A stretch of DNA of 64,000 nucleotides from Acidimicrobiales bacterium (GCA_963663255.1 OY760141.1:1641580-1705579), one strand, 5' to 3'. Positions 11,036-21,042 are shown, counted from the stretch's first letter. The notes: generated by a model from the letters alone, not told the origin. Translations and numbers: made by a program.

Positions 11036-12857
11036 AGATACGACGCCATATCTGCTCCAACAAGCCCGCAGCCTCCTCGGCAGCAACCACCCCCGAGCCC
11101 CGCCCCAAGACCACGTACACCACCCCGGTCACCAGCAGCGCGAGCGGTGCGGCGACCAGCAATGGCAGGGGCTCGAGCCCCCAGGCCAGCACTGCCCCCA
11201 GCACTGCGGAGGACAGCCCGGCAATGGCCAGGCGTCCTGTCGGGCCTCGCACCGGTAGGCGTCGCCGCAACAGGTAGCGGACCCGGTGGCGCAAGATGCC
11301 GTATTCCATCCAGGCGGCCACGGTGCTGCCGAGGGCCAGGCCCACCGCCCCCAGCCGAACAGCCCCGTCGGCCCGCTCTGCGTCTGACAGCGGAGACAGC
11401 ACCTTGAAGTCACCGAGGCGCTCCACGCTGCCGTCGACCACCGCGTAGGAGTCGAAGCTGAACATCAGCACCACCCCCACCGCCGCGGCCAACGCCACCC
11501 GCACCACTGCCACCCGGGCCGGGCCTTTGGCGTCGCCCGCCGCGAAGCAGGCATTTTGCAGCAGTCGGGCCGACGCCGAAGCCACCAGCCCCAGGCTGTA
11601 GGCGGCCAGGATCCACCAAACCTGCACGGTGTGGTTGCCGTTGAACTGCCCCCGCTCCAGCAGCGCTCCTACGATCAGCCCGCCCAGAGTTATGAAGGCA
11701 ACCGCGGAGAACAGCACGTAGAACCCGATGCGGTCCAGCCCGGTTTGCAGCCGCCGCACCAGCGCCTCGGGATTATCCTGCTCGCGGGCCATCTCCGGCA
11801 GGTCGCTGGCTGCCACGCTCATGGCGAACAAGCTGATGGGCAGGAAGTAGATCACCTGGGCGAACCCCAGTGCGGCGATGGCCCCCCCGGCCAGCAGCCC
11901 GGCCAAGATCAAGTCGACATAGGCCGACACCTGCACCACGCCCCGACCGATGAACGCGGGCCCGAACCGGGTGAGCACGATCCCGACATCGGGGCGCCGC
12001 CAGTTCAGGCTGAGTCGCAGCGTCGGGACCAGCCGGAGCACCAGCGGCACCTGCACCAAGAACTGGAGGCCTCCGCCCAGCACCACCCCCCAGGCAGCCA
12101 TCCTGGCCACGTCGGACGCCCGAGTGGAGGCGTCCACGTCTTGCCACACCAACCAGGCCCCCACCATGAACCCCACCTGGGCGGCGTTCCAGATCACCGG
12201 GGCGGCATAGGACAGAAAGAACCGGCGGTGGGCGTTCAACACCCCCAACGCCCACGCGGCCAGCACGATGAAGCCGATCCCGGCGAACATGACCCGCACC
12301 AACTCCACGGTCAGGTCGGCGGTATCCTCCGACAGCCGCCACAACAGCAGCGACACCAGCGGCTTGGCCAGGACCCATCCGGCCAGAACCACCAGTCCGG
12401 TGACGACGGCCAGCAGTCCGAACACCGCTCCGGCCAGCCGGCCAGCGTCCTTGCGCCGTCCCTGCTCGACGAGTTGCGAGTAGATCGGGATGAACGACGC
12501 CGACAGCACCCCCTCGCCCAGCAGGTTTTGGAGCAGACGGGGAATGGTCAGGGCAGCCCGGTAAGCGTCGCCGATTCGGCCCCCGCCGATGAACGCGGCC
12601 ACGGCCACCTCCCGGCCGATACCGGAGATGCGAGATAGGAAGATCCCTGCCCCCACCAGGATGGCCCCTTTACCGCTGGGGCGAGGGGTGCCGTCGGGGC
12701 CGTCGAGTTGCTGTTCAACCGGTGGAATGCCAAAACACGCTACCGGAGCAAGTGGCTTTACTTGGGTTAGCTCGCGCTCGGCCATGCTCTTGCAAAAAGC
12801 GCTCCAAGGGGACAAGCCATGGTCGGGTACGCTCGCGCGGTGAGCGCTGACACACCG

Positions 12858-14096
12858 ATGGCAGAGCTGGCCGACCGGGCCAAGGCCGCGGCCCGGATTC
12901 TGGCCACCGCTGATACAGAGACCAAGAACCATGCGTTGCTGCTGGCCGCAGACCAACTGGAGCAGGCCCGAGACGATTTGTTGGAGGCCAATCGGACAGA
13001 CGTGGAGTCGGCCAGCGCGTCGGGCATGAGCGCCACGCTGGTCGACCGCCTCCGGCTGACAGATTCCCGGCTGGAGGGAATGGCCGGGGGTTTGCGCAAA
13101 GTGGCCGGTCTGGCCGACCCGGTGGGGGAGATCGTCGGCGGCTGGGTGGTGCCCACCGGCCTGCGGATCAGCCAGGTGCGAGTGCCCCTCGGCGTGGTAG
13201 CCATCGTCTACGAGAGCCGTCCCAACGTGACCAGCGACGCTGCCGGTCTGTGCCTGAAGTCGGGCAACGCCGCCTTCTTGCGGGGGTCGTCCAGCGCCCT
13301 GGGCTCCAACCTGGCCATCGCCGGGGTGATGCGGGATGCCTACGAAAAGGCCGGCCTGCCCAGCGATGCCCTGGTGCTGGTTTCCGACACCAGCCACGAG
13401 GCAGCCGCGGAGTTCATGCAGCTCCGAGAAAGCATCGACTGCCTCATCCCCCGAGGCGGCCCCGGGTTGATCGCCTCCATTTTGGAGAACGCCACCGTGC
13501 CCTATGTGATCGACGGCGACGGCAACTGCCACGTGTACGTTGACGCCTCAGCCGATTTGGACATGGCCCGGCGCATTGTGGTGAACGCCAAGACCCAGCG
13601 CCCGTCGGTGTGCAACGCGGCAGAGTCCCTGGTGGTGCACCGGTCAGTGGCTGATGAGCTGCTGCCCCCGCTGGCCGACGACTTGGCCGGAGTCGAGCTG
13701 GTGGGCGATGAGTCAGCCCGGTCCATCCTGGGGCCCGACCGAATTGGTGAGGCCACCGAGGACGACTATTTCACCGAGTTCTTGGACCTGAAGCTGTCGG
13801 TCAAGGTCGTGGACGATTTGGACGAGGCCATCGCCCATGTCAACGACACCGGCAGCGGCCACAGCGAGGCCATCATCACCGCAGACCTGGAAGCTGCCGA
13901 CCGATTCTGCACCGAGGTGGACGCCGCTGCGGTGCTGGTCAACGCTTCCACCCGGTTCGTGGACGGCGAGGAGTTCGGCTTCGGTGCCGAGATCGGCATC
14001 AGCACCCAGAAGCTGCACGCCCGGGGGCCGATGGGCCTGCGCCAGCTCACTACGACGAAATACGTCGTGCGCGGCGAGGGCCAGATACGCGGCTAG
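12858..14096 (+). CDS. proA: Gamma-glutamyl phosphate reductase
   Basis: MAELADRAKAAARILATADTETKNHALL is a typical ProA N-terminus. Aldehyde-dehydrogenase fold with NAAESLVVH. The alternative upstream start at 12819 is possible. Confidence 0.9.
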   Translation: MAELADRAKAAARILATADTETKNHALLLAADQLEQARDDLLEANRTDVESASASGMSATLVDRLRLTDSRLEGMAGGLRKVAGLADPVGEIVGGWVVPTGLRISQVRVPLGVVAIVYESRPNVTSDAAGLCLKSGNAAFLRGSSSALGSNLAIAGVMRDAYEKAGLPSDALVLVSDTSHEAAAEFMQLRESIDCLIPRGGPGLIASILENATVPYVIDGDGNCHVYVDASADLDMARRIVVNAKTQRPSVCNAAESLVVHRSVADELLPPLADDLAGVELVGDESARSILGPDRIGEATEDDYFTEFLDLKLSVKVVDDLDEAIAHVNDTGSGHSEAIITADLEAADRFCTEVDAAAVLVNASTRFVDGEEFGFGAEIGISTQKLHARGPMGLRQLTTTKYVVRGEGQIRG

Positions 14097-14154
14097 CCAT
14101 CTCCAGAGAAGCCGTGATTTCGGGGCCAGAACAGGCTGGGCGTAGCCTTCAATC

Positions 14155-15069
14155 ATGAATTTTTCCTTTGCTGACGTCGACTCGGTGCGCAAGGGCCTGA
14201 GCGATGTGCAGTATCTGGCAGATGAGGGCATCGCCGGAGTGGTCTACCTGGCCGAGCGGCTGCAAAAGCCGGTGCTGGTAGAGGGTCCAGCCGGCACGGG
14301 CAAGACCCAGCTGGCCAAGAGCGTGGCCGAGGCCACCGGAGCCCGCCTGATCCGCCTCCAGTGCTATGAGGGCCTCGACGAGTCCAAGGCGCTGTATGAG
14401 TGGAACTACAAGAAGCAGCTGTTGCGCATTCAGGCCGAGCGCCAGGGTGGGGACCCCGAGGGCGATGGCATGTGGCAGCAGATCGAGGACGACCTGTTCT
14501 CTGAGGAGTTCCTGCTCACCCGCCCTCTGCTGGAGGCCATCAGAGCTGCCGAGCCAGTGGTGTTGCTCATCGACGAGGTCGACCGGGTGGAGATCGAGAC
14601 CGAGGCGCTGCTGCTGGAGATCCTGTCCGACTACCAGGTGTCCATCCCCGAGCTGGGCACGGTGGCTGCCAACCAGATCCCACTGGTGTTCCTTACATCC
14701 AACAACACCCGGGAGCTCTCAGAGGCCCTTAAGCGACGGTGCCTGTTCCTGCACATCGACTATCCCGACCTAGATCGGGAGAAGGAGATCGTGCTGGCCA
14801 AGGTGCCCGGCGTGGGCGAGAGCCTGGCCGACCAGGTGGCCCGCATTGTTCGATCGGTTCGCCAGATCGAGCTGAAGAAGGCCCCGTCGGTGTCGGAGAC
14901 CCTCGACTGGGCTCGCACGCTGGTGCTTTTGGGTGTGGAGCACATCGACGCCGACACCGCAGCCGAGACGGTGAACATCTTGTTGAAGTACCGCAGCGAC
15001 ATCGAAAAGGCACTCAAGGAGTTCGCCACCTCCGACGAGGACTTCGCGGTATCCGCCGCAACCCCGTGA
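14155..15069 (+). CDS. MoxR-like AAA+ ATPase (CoxD-like)
   Basis: Walker A GPAGTGKT. Walker B LLIDEVDR. LTSNNTRELSEALKRRC. Paired with a downstream VWA gene. Confidence 0.85.
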   Translation: MNFSFADVDSVRKGLSDVQYLADEGIAGVVYLAERLQKPVLVEGPAGTGKTQLAKSVAEATGARLIRLQCYEGLDESKALYEWNYKKQLLRIQAERQGGDPEGDGMWQQIEDDLFSEEFLLTRPLLEAIRAAEPVVLLIDEVDRVEIETEALLLEILSDYQVSIPELGTVAANQIPLVFLTSNNTRELSEALKRRCLFLHIDYPDLDREKEIVLAKVPGVGESLADQVARIVRSVRQIELKKAPSVSETLDWARTLVLLGVEHIDADTAAETVNILLKYRSDIEKALKEFATSDEDFAVSAATP

Positions 15070-15090
15070 TATTCCCGCGCTGAGCCTGCC

Positions 15091-16551
15091 ATGAAAGTCG
15101 AGCCCGCCACCTCGCCGCTGCTGGCGCTTCTGGCCGGGTTCATCTCAGAGTTGCGGGCCGCCGGGCTGCCGGTGAGCCTCACCGAAAACCTCGATGCCAT
15201 GGAGGCCATTCAGCACATCCCCATCGAGGATCGGGATGCCTTCAAGTACGCCCTGGCCGCCACCCTGGTGAAGAACCACGCCCACTGGCGGGCGTTCGAG
15301 ACCGTGTTCGAGGTGTACTTCTCGCTGCGGGGGCCGGAGTACGACCTAGTAGATGGCGAATGGCCCGAAGGCATGGACCTATCCGATTTCATCGACGGGT
15401 TGGACGGCCAGCAGCGCCGCCAGGGCGGAGGTGGCGGCGAGTCCATGTCGGCCGAACAACTCGCCGAAATGCTATTTCAGGCGCTCATGCGGGGCGATGA
15501 CGCCCTCATGCGGGCCATCGCTCGCCAGGCGGTGCAGCGCTACGCCGGTATGGAACCCGGACGCCCGGTGGGAGGCACCTACTACCTGTACCGCACACTG
15601 CGGAACCTGGACCTCGACGGAGTGCTGGAGCGCATGATGGACCAGGCCCGCCAGGACGCTCCCGAGCAGCTGACCCCGCTGGAGGAACGGCTAGAGCGAG
15701 ACGAGTTCGAAGCTCGAGTCGACCAACTCCGCAAGGAGGTGGAGGCCGAGATCCGCCGCCGGCTGGTGGCCGACCGAGGCGTGGAGGCCATGGCCAAGAC
15801 GCTGCGCAAGCCCCTGCCTGAGGACGTCGACTTCATGCACGCCAGCCGGGAGGAGATGATGGCCCTGCGCCGGGCCATCTACCCGCTAACCCGCAAGCTG
15901 GCCGTGAGGTTGGCCCGCAAACGCCGCCACGGCCGCAAAGGCCCGCTGGACTTCCGCAACACCATGCGCCACTCGCTGTCCTACGGCGGTGTGCCGGCCG
16001 AGCCCAAGTTCCGCTACCCCCGACCGGCCAAGCCCGAGATCATGGTGGTGGCCGATGTGAGCGGGTCGGTGGCCGCCTTCGCCCGGTTCACCCTGCACCT
16101 GGTGTACGCCATCAGCAACCAATTCTCCAAGGTGCGCTCGTTCGTGTTCATCGACGGCCTCGACGAGGTGACCAGCTTCTTCGAGGGAGTGGATGACATC
16201 GGCGAGGCCGTCCACCGAGTGAATGCCGAGGCCGACGTGGTGTGGGTGGACGGCCACTCCGACTACGGCCACGCCTTTGAGGTGTTCTGGGAGCGGTATG
16301 GCAAAGACGTCGGCCCCAAGACCACGGTGATGATCCTGGGCGACGCCCGCAACAACTACCACGCCTCCCAGGCCTGGATCCTCAAAGAGGTCGAACACCG
16401 AGCCCGCAAAGTGTTCTGGCTGAACCCCGAGCCCGGCGCCTACTGGGACACCGGCGACTCCATCGTCTCCGAATACGGCGTCCACTGCGACGGCGTCTTC
16501 GAAGTCCGCAACCTCCGCCAACTCGAAGGCTTCGTCGAAAATTTGGTTTAG
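15091..16551 (+). CDS. VWA domain protein (CoxE-like), partner of the MoxR ATPase
   Basis: C-terminal VWA with MIDAS-like VVADVSGSV. IMILGDARNN...WLNPE is typical of VWA_CoxE proteins. Confidence 0.75.
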   Translation: MKVEPATSPLLALLAGFISELRAAGLPVSLTENLDAMEAIQHIPIEDRDAFKYALAATLVKNHAHWRAFETVFEVYFSLRGPEYDLVDGEWPEGMDLSDFIDGLDGQQRRQGGGGGESMSAEQLAEMLFQALMRGDDALMRAIARQAVQRYAGMEPGRPVGGTYYLYRTLRNLDLDGVLERMMDQARQDAPEQLTPLEERLERDEFEARVDQLRKEVEAEIRRRLVADRGVEAMAKTLRKPLPEDVDFMHASREEMMALRRAIYPLTRKLAVRLARKRRHGRKGPLDFRNTMRHSLSYGGVPAEPKFRYPRPAKPEIMVVADVSGSVAAFARFTLHLVYAISNQFSKVRSFVFIDGLDEVTSFFEGVDDIGEAVHRVNAEADVVWVDGHSDYGHAFEVFWERYGKDVGPKTTVMILGDARNNYHASQAWILKEVEHRARKVFWLNPEPGAYWDTGDSIVSEYGVHCDGVFEVRNLRQLEGFVENLV

Positions 16552-16700
16552 TCCCGAGAGAGGTCAGCGGCTACCCAGACGATCTTTGGTCCTATCTGGT
16601 TGTCAAGGTGCGAGTATTCGTTTGTTGGCCATAGGTCCCTAATCGACCATTCGAAGGAGACGTAGCCGTGGGCATTGCCGGGCTGCCCTGAACCTGGCAC

Positions 16701-17288
16701 TCAACGCAGGAGCACGGAGTTGCGCTGAGGTGGCCGGTAGGTATCCACCCCAGTTTCCGGGAACGGATCGGGCGGGGGTCGCAGGTCGTAGCGCCCGGTG
16801 CTCGGGCACTTGGCCACTTCCCAGCCGTCATCGTGGATGTTGTGGTGGCATCGGGCGCAGACCAGCACCAGGTTCTCGAGGTTGGTTGGTCCACCCCAAG
16901 ACCAGGGCTGGATGTGGTGCGCTTGGCACCAAGCGGGGTTGGCATCGCAACCGATGCAGCCCTTGTCCCGCAGCGCCAGCGCGGCCCGCTGGGCCTCGGT
17001 GGCGATCCGGCGCTTGCGGCCCAGCCACAGCTCCTGGGTCTTGGCCCGGAATACGCCGGGCAAGATGTCGGCGTCGCAGGCCAGGCGACGCAACTCGCCA
17101 ATCGGAATTGGGGTTCCGTCGCACAGCCGGGCGTTGATCAGCCGCGCCTTCTACCCGGAAAGCCGGGCCTCAGCACGCCGCACCGATGCCAACGCATCCC
17201 GCCGGTGGTCGCCCGACACATCCGCCGGGTCAGACACGGGTATCTCCAAAGTGACCTCAAACTCCCTGGTCACAGCCTCATTAGCCAT
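16701..17288 (-). pseudogene. Remnant of a DUF222/HNH endonuclease gene (13E12-repeat type), N-terminally truncated with an in-frame TAG
   Basis: The HNH region CIGCDANPAWCQAHHIQPWSWGGPTNLENLVLVCARCHHNIH is intact. The same frame continues upstream to ATG 17288 but is broken by TAG at 17151-17153. The ~300-aa DUF222 body is absent. Confidence 0.65.
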
Positions 17289-17433
17289 GCCGAGCAGACT
17301 ACCCACGACCAGTGACAATTTGTCCTACCAATGCCATGCAATGACTTCACTTGACGTTCCGGGCCAATTCATTCCCGACTGTTGGTCATGCGAACTTACG
17401 ATTTCTGTGCTTGTCGGAGAACAGAGTCTTTGA

Positions 17434-18009
17434 GTGAATTCAGTGCCGCCTTCAGTCGTAGCAGCCGAAAGGAGGGCTGCTGAGCAAGGCTTCGAGCACT
17501 CGTGTGAACGAGGCGTAGGGGAGGTGCTTGCGGTATTGGCTGCGGCTACGCCGTTCGGTGGTCGGATTCTCGAGCTCGGGACGGGGCTTGGCGTGGGACT
17601 GGCGTGGATTCTGAATGGGCTCGGCTCACGAACCGATGTCGAGGTGGTGTCCATAGAGCGGGAAGCCGCGTGGGTCACGTCCATAGCTGAGATCGATCTC
17701 CCAGCCTACGCATCAATTGTTGAGGGTGATATTGAGGCTTTGCTTCCGATACTGGGGCAGTTCGATCTGATCTTCGCCGATGCCGAGGCAGGAAAGTGGA
17801 CCGGTCTCGATCTCACAATTGCTGCACTCGCACCTCGGGCTCTGCTTCTTGTCGACGACAAGGAAATCTCGCGCTATGACTCTTCACGCGATCGCTCATC
17901 GGTTGAGGTCGTCCGAGGGGCCCTGATAGCCGACCCCCGTCTGGTCGCAGTCGAGTTGAACGCAGCGTCCGGCATGATTCTTGCATCGCGCCGCGCAAGA
18001 GTGCCCTAG
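17434..18009 (+). CDS. Class I SAM-dependent methyltransferase (family-3 O-methyltransferase-like)
   Basis: Motif I ILELGTGLGVG. FDLIFADAEAGKW and LLLVDD resemble caffeoyl-CoA-OMT-type enzymes. Confidence 0.65.
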   Translation: MNSVPPSVVAAERRAAEQGFEHSCERGVGEVLAVLAAATPFGGRILELGTGLGVGLAWILNGLGSRTDVEVVSIEREAAWVTSIAEIDLPAYASIVEGDIEALLPILGQFDLIFADAEAGKWTGLDLTIAALAPRALLLVDDKEISRYDSSRDRSSVEVVRGALIADPRLVAVELNAASGMILASRRARVP

Positions 18010-18069
18010 CAGCCTCCCGAGTCAGTTTCGGCTAACAGTTCAAACAGGGGGATTGGGTTCAACAAATAA

Positions 18070-18588
18070 TTAAGCTCTGTCGGCAGCAGCAGACTTCCAG
18101 GCTTCAATCACTGGGCCTAAGTGATCGGGAAAGGCCAGTGTCTCTGGCAGTTCCCAACTCTGGAAGTAGCGTGCTTCACTCACCTCAGATGGGTCGATCT
18201 CAAGACTATGAGGGTGGGTTGCCCGGGCTATGTAGTAGATGTTCATCGTTGATTCGACTGGCCGCTGCCCAGCAGCACCCGAGCGATCGGGATACACATC
18301 CATCCAGATTCCCAGGAAACCAGTGATTGCGATATCGAGGCCCACCTCTTCGCGCACCTCACGAATGGCAGTTGCTTCGGGATGCTCGGAGGGGTCGCAG
18401 AATCCACCGGGAATATCCCACGCTCCTCTCCAGGGTTCACTGGCCCGTTTCACGAGGAGAACAGCATTGTCGTGGATCACGAGCGCAGAGGCGCTTGGCT
18501 TGGGATTAAGCCAATGTGGTTCGTTGCACGCTGGGCAGCGCGTAGGTGGAAGGTCGACCAGCGCACGGCCACAATTCATGCAATGCAT
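18070..18588 (-). CDS. NUDIX hydrolase with N-terminal CxxC...CxxC zinc ribbon (NudC-like core)
   Basis: MHCMNCG...RCPACN zinc ribbon. Nudix box GGFCDPSEHPEATAIREVREEVGL (GX5EX7REUXEEXGU). Confidence 0.85.
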   Translation of the reverse strand: MHCMNCGRALVDLPPTRCPACNEPHWLNPKPSASALVIHDNAVLLVKRASEPWRGAWDIPGGFCDPSEHPEATAIREVREEVGLDIAITGFLGIWMDVYPDRSGAAGQRPVESTMNIYYIARATHPHSLEIDPSEVSEARYFQSWELPETLAFPDHLGPVIEAWKSAAADRA

Positions 18589-18680
18589 CGGGTAGGACCA
18601 TAGTGGGCCGCAGGCCAGGTTCAGCCCTGAGTTGCGCTTTCTGGGACCTGCCCAGTCACTAACTTCAACCGAAGCGAAAT

Positions 18681-18857
18681 CTAGTCCTTGATGGGTCGTC
18701 TGATGAATGCGCCACCTAGCGCCACGCCTACGCCAGCGCCAATTGCGACGCCGACACCGACGTCACCAAAAGCCGCTCCCAAACCTGCACCAACCCCGAC
18801 GCCGAGAGCGATGCTTAGTCCCATCCGGGGGTTGGGCTTCATCTTTTTCTTCATCAT
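18681..18857 (-). CDS. Small glycine-zipper membrane peptide (hypothetical)
   Basis: MMKKKMKPNPRMGLSIALGVGVGAGLGAAFGDVGVGVAIGAGVGVALGGAF contains GxxxG repeats. The start was chosen at the ATGATG. No clear SD sequence. Confidence 0.4.
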   Translation of the reverse strand: MMKKKMKPNPRMGLSIALGVGVGAGLGAAFGDVGVGVAIGAGVGVALGGAFIRRPIKD

Positions 18858-18864
18858 TTGTCCA

Positions 18865-19050
18865 TTATGAAGAAGTAGCCCCCGACTGGCAATCACCGCG
18901 CTTTAGAGGACTTCGCTTTGCTGGCCGGACGAAGGACCTGGGCCACCCCCACCAGCCCAGGAGCTTGCCATAGAACACCCGAGCCTTGTCCTCACCCCCC
19001 ACCGGCATCGCCGCCTGCACATAGGTAATGACTCTGACCTCCGGATTCAC
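18865..19050 (-). pseudogene. N-terminal fragment of a VOC/glyoxalase-family gene
   Basis: ITYVQAAMPVGGEDKARVFYGKLLG...KRGDCQ parallels IVHVQVAIPEGGEDEARAFYGGLLG...KRGGCW of the full-length VOC gene at 25599-25991. It ends after 61 codons. Confidence 0.45.
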
Positions 19051-19064
19051 GTTCGCATTTTGGC

Positions 19065-19751
19065 GTGGGCGGCATTGGGTGCCTAGCGTCGATAAACGTG
19101 CCCAATGGGAAATTGACTCAACCTGCGGACAAGATCAGGACGTTCATTGGTGGCCACCGGGATGCCGACCTTGTTGTCTGCACTGGGAACACGTCAGTCC
19201 GGGGGTTGGCTTGGTTGGCGGGTCAGGTAGACAGCAGCCAGAGGGTGACCATCGTCATTGGTGACATGCAGGGTCAGAGCTTCTCCAAAGCGAGCGAGGG
19301 CGATCGGGAAGCGGCGGCAGCTTTCCTCCGCCGGCCAAACGTGAAGGTGCACAACTGGTATCGGACGAAGCCGGAGAAGAAGATCGCCCACGGAAAGGCA
19401 GTTGTAGCTTTCCGCGAAAGAAGAGCAATTGCCGCCCTAGTGGGGTCGGCGAATCTCACGCATACAGGCCTCTACACAAACTTGGAGATGATGGTTCGCA
19501 GCGACCATGTGGAGTTGCCTGAGATAGAGGCGTATATCAATGAGGCGACTCGGCATCCGCCCGCCAACGAGAAGCTCATTGGTCTTGTGGCACCCACTCA
19601 GAAGGCGCCCGAGGAGGCTGCCGCCAACAAGGGCGGATGCCTACCGGCGTTGGTACTGGCCCCGGCCCTTGTTGCGGGGAGCATTTGGTACCGGACCAGG
19701 CTCTCTGTCTTCGCCAGGCGGTCACGAGTTCGGAAAACTCCCCGACTCTAA
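19065..19751 (+). CDS. PLD-family (single HKD) nuclease-like protein with C-terminal hydrophobic anchor
   Basis: HKD motif AHGKAVVAF...ALVGSANLTHTGL (nt 19389-19469). C-terminal hydrophobic stretch GGCLPALVLAPALVAGSIWY (nt 19632-19691) followed by an Arg-rich tail. The start is uncertain (GTG 19065; GTG 19098 is an alternative). Confidence 0.65.
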   Translation: MGGIGCLASINVPNGKLTQPADKIRTFIGGHRDADLVVCTGNTSVRGLAWLAGQVDSSQRVTIVIGDMQGQSFSKASEGDREAAAAFLRRPNVKVHNWYRTKPEKKIAHGKAVVAFRERRAIAALVGSANLTHTGLYTNLEMMVRSDHVELPEIEAYINEATRHPPANEKLIGLVAPTQKAPEEAAANKGGCLPALVLAPALVAGSIWYRTRLSVFARRSRVRKTPRL

Positions 19752-19794
19752 AAAACGCTCACCGCAGCGCGTCCACTACCAATTTGGAGAGTGG

Positions 19795-21042
19795 TCACAC
19801 GAGGGCCTGTGAACGTGCGGGCTCTTTTCGAACAGGGGCAGTCAAGGGGCTGATTTCGCGGACTCGCTGTCTGATCCAGGTGGCAGCCTTGGCGATTTCT
19901 GCGGTCACTTCGGTAGGCGGCCCGCTGAGATCGATGGCGAGAGTGTGGAGTAGCTTGCCGGCGTGCCTGACGGTGACAGTCCGTTCTGGACGCCCACCGT
20001 CGGCAAGGCAGTAGATCAGCAAGCCCTCGGGTAGGTCGAGCGCTGTTGCGTAGGCCAAGAGCTGGTAGTAGTCACTTGTTCGGGCCCGGGCGTCGTCGGT
20101 GAGCTTGTACTTGATGTCGGCCACATAGACCTCGTGGCCTTGCCTGCGGAACACCAAGTCGGGGCGGATCGGCACCTGTTGGCGAGTATCTAAGTGGCTG
20201 TTGACCTGATCCCGCACTTCTAGGTGCCCTCTCAAGGCGCGGCGTAGCCGCTGGGTGACGAAGTTCTCGAACAGCCGGTTCATGTCCACGACGAATGATG
20301 AGGCGGCGTGTTGGCCACGCTGGTCAGCCAGCGTCAGATTCTCCAGCAATAGCCGGGCTAGTCGCAGTACCGGCTGATAGTGGACATTCAGACGGGTTAT
20401 CGGTATTCGGTCCAAGTAGTCAGCCCGCATGAAATCGTCGGCCACATCTTCGAGGGAGGCGACCTGCTGGAGCAGCCGTCTCCGGTCCTCTGGATCGATC
20501 CTGGGCACACGCAGCGCCCGCCGAGTCGCCGCCTTCAGGTAGCGGTTCTCGGCTATGTCCGGCGTGTACTCGTCGTATCGGCATTCCACCGGCAAGGCGA
20601 CCCCTGCTTGGCGGAACTGGGCTGCCGTGTTGACGCGGCCCCGTAGCGCGACGAGCCGGTCTTCTTGATGCCGGTATGACCGCAGCAGCCCGCGGGCCAG
20701 GGTGGTTTCCAGAGTCCGGGCATAGAACGCAATCACCGACGGCAAGAGGTCAGCCCTATCGGCGTAGTCGAAGGCTTCCTGTCTCCATGCGTGTTCGTCG
20801 AGCCCCACTTCCAGCAGCAGAAAGAGGTTCTCTGGGCGGATCTTCGGGCGGATCAGCAATCGGAGATCGTCGACTACCAAAGTCCCCACGAGGTTCTGAG
20901 CGGTGATCGAATAGTTGTTGGTTTGGCCGGCGGGCTGAACCGTGATGATGCCTTTTCCTCTGGTGGCGAGGCGTTGTGCCTGCACCTGAGAGAGTTCGAC
21001 GATGGCCGTCTCGTACTCGATCAGCTGGATGATGTCGCTCAC
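19795..21042 (-). CDS. mcrC: McrC-like PD-(D/E)xK nuclease subunit of a McrBC-type restriction system
   Basis: GTG 21042 overlaps the upstream stop (GTGA). C-terminal motif IRPDLVF...EVYVADIKYK (D...D-x-K) is as in McrC. Size and position downstream of a McrB-like GTPase fit. Confidence 0.8.
   Translation of the reverse strand: MSDIIQLIEYETAIVELSQVQAQRLATRGKGIITVQPAGQTNNYSITAQNLVGTLVVDDLRLLIRPKIRPENLFLLLEVGLDEHAWRQEAFDYADRADLLPSVIAFYARTLETTLARGLLRSYRHQEDRLVALRGRVNTAAQFRQAGVALPVECRYDEYTPDIAENRYLKAATRRALRVPRIDPEDRRRLLQQVASLEDVADDFMRADYLDRIPITRLNVHYQPVLRLARLLLENLTLADQRGQHAASSFVVDMNRLFENFVTQRLRRALRGHLEVRDQVNSHLDTRQQVPIRPDLVFRRQGHEVYVADIKYKLTDDARARTSDYYQLLAYATALDLPEGLLIYCLADGGRPERTVTVRHAGKLLHTLAIDLSGPPTEVTAEIAKAATWIRQRVREISPLTAPVRKEPARSQALV

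Noticed and set aside
12786-13532. N-terminal 250 codons of the 843-aa minus-strand ORF, which would make a giant MurJ fusion.
   Set aside because: This part is antisense to a clear proA gene and has shadow-frame composition. MurJ homology begins just after ATG 12785.
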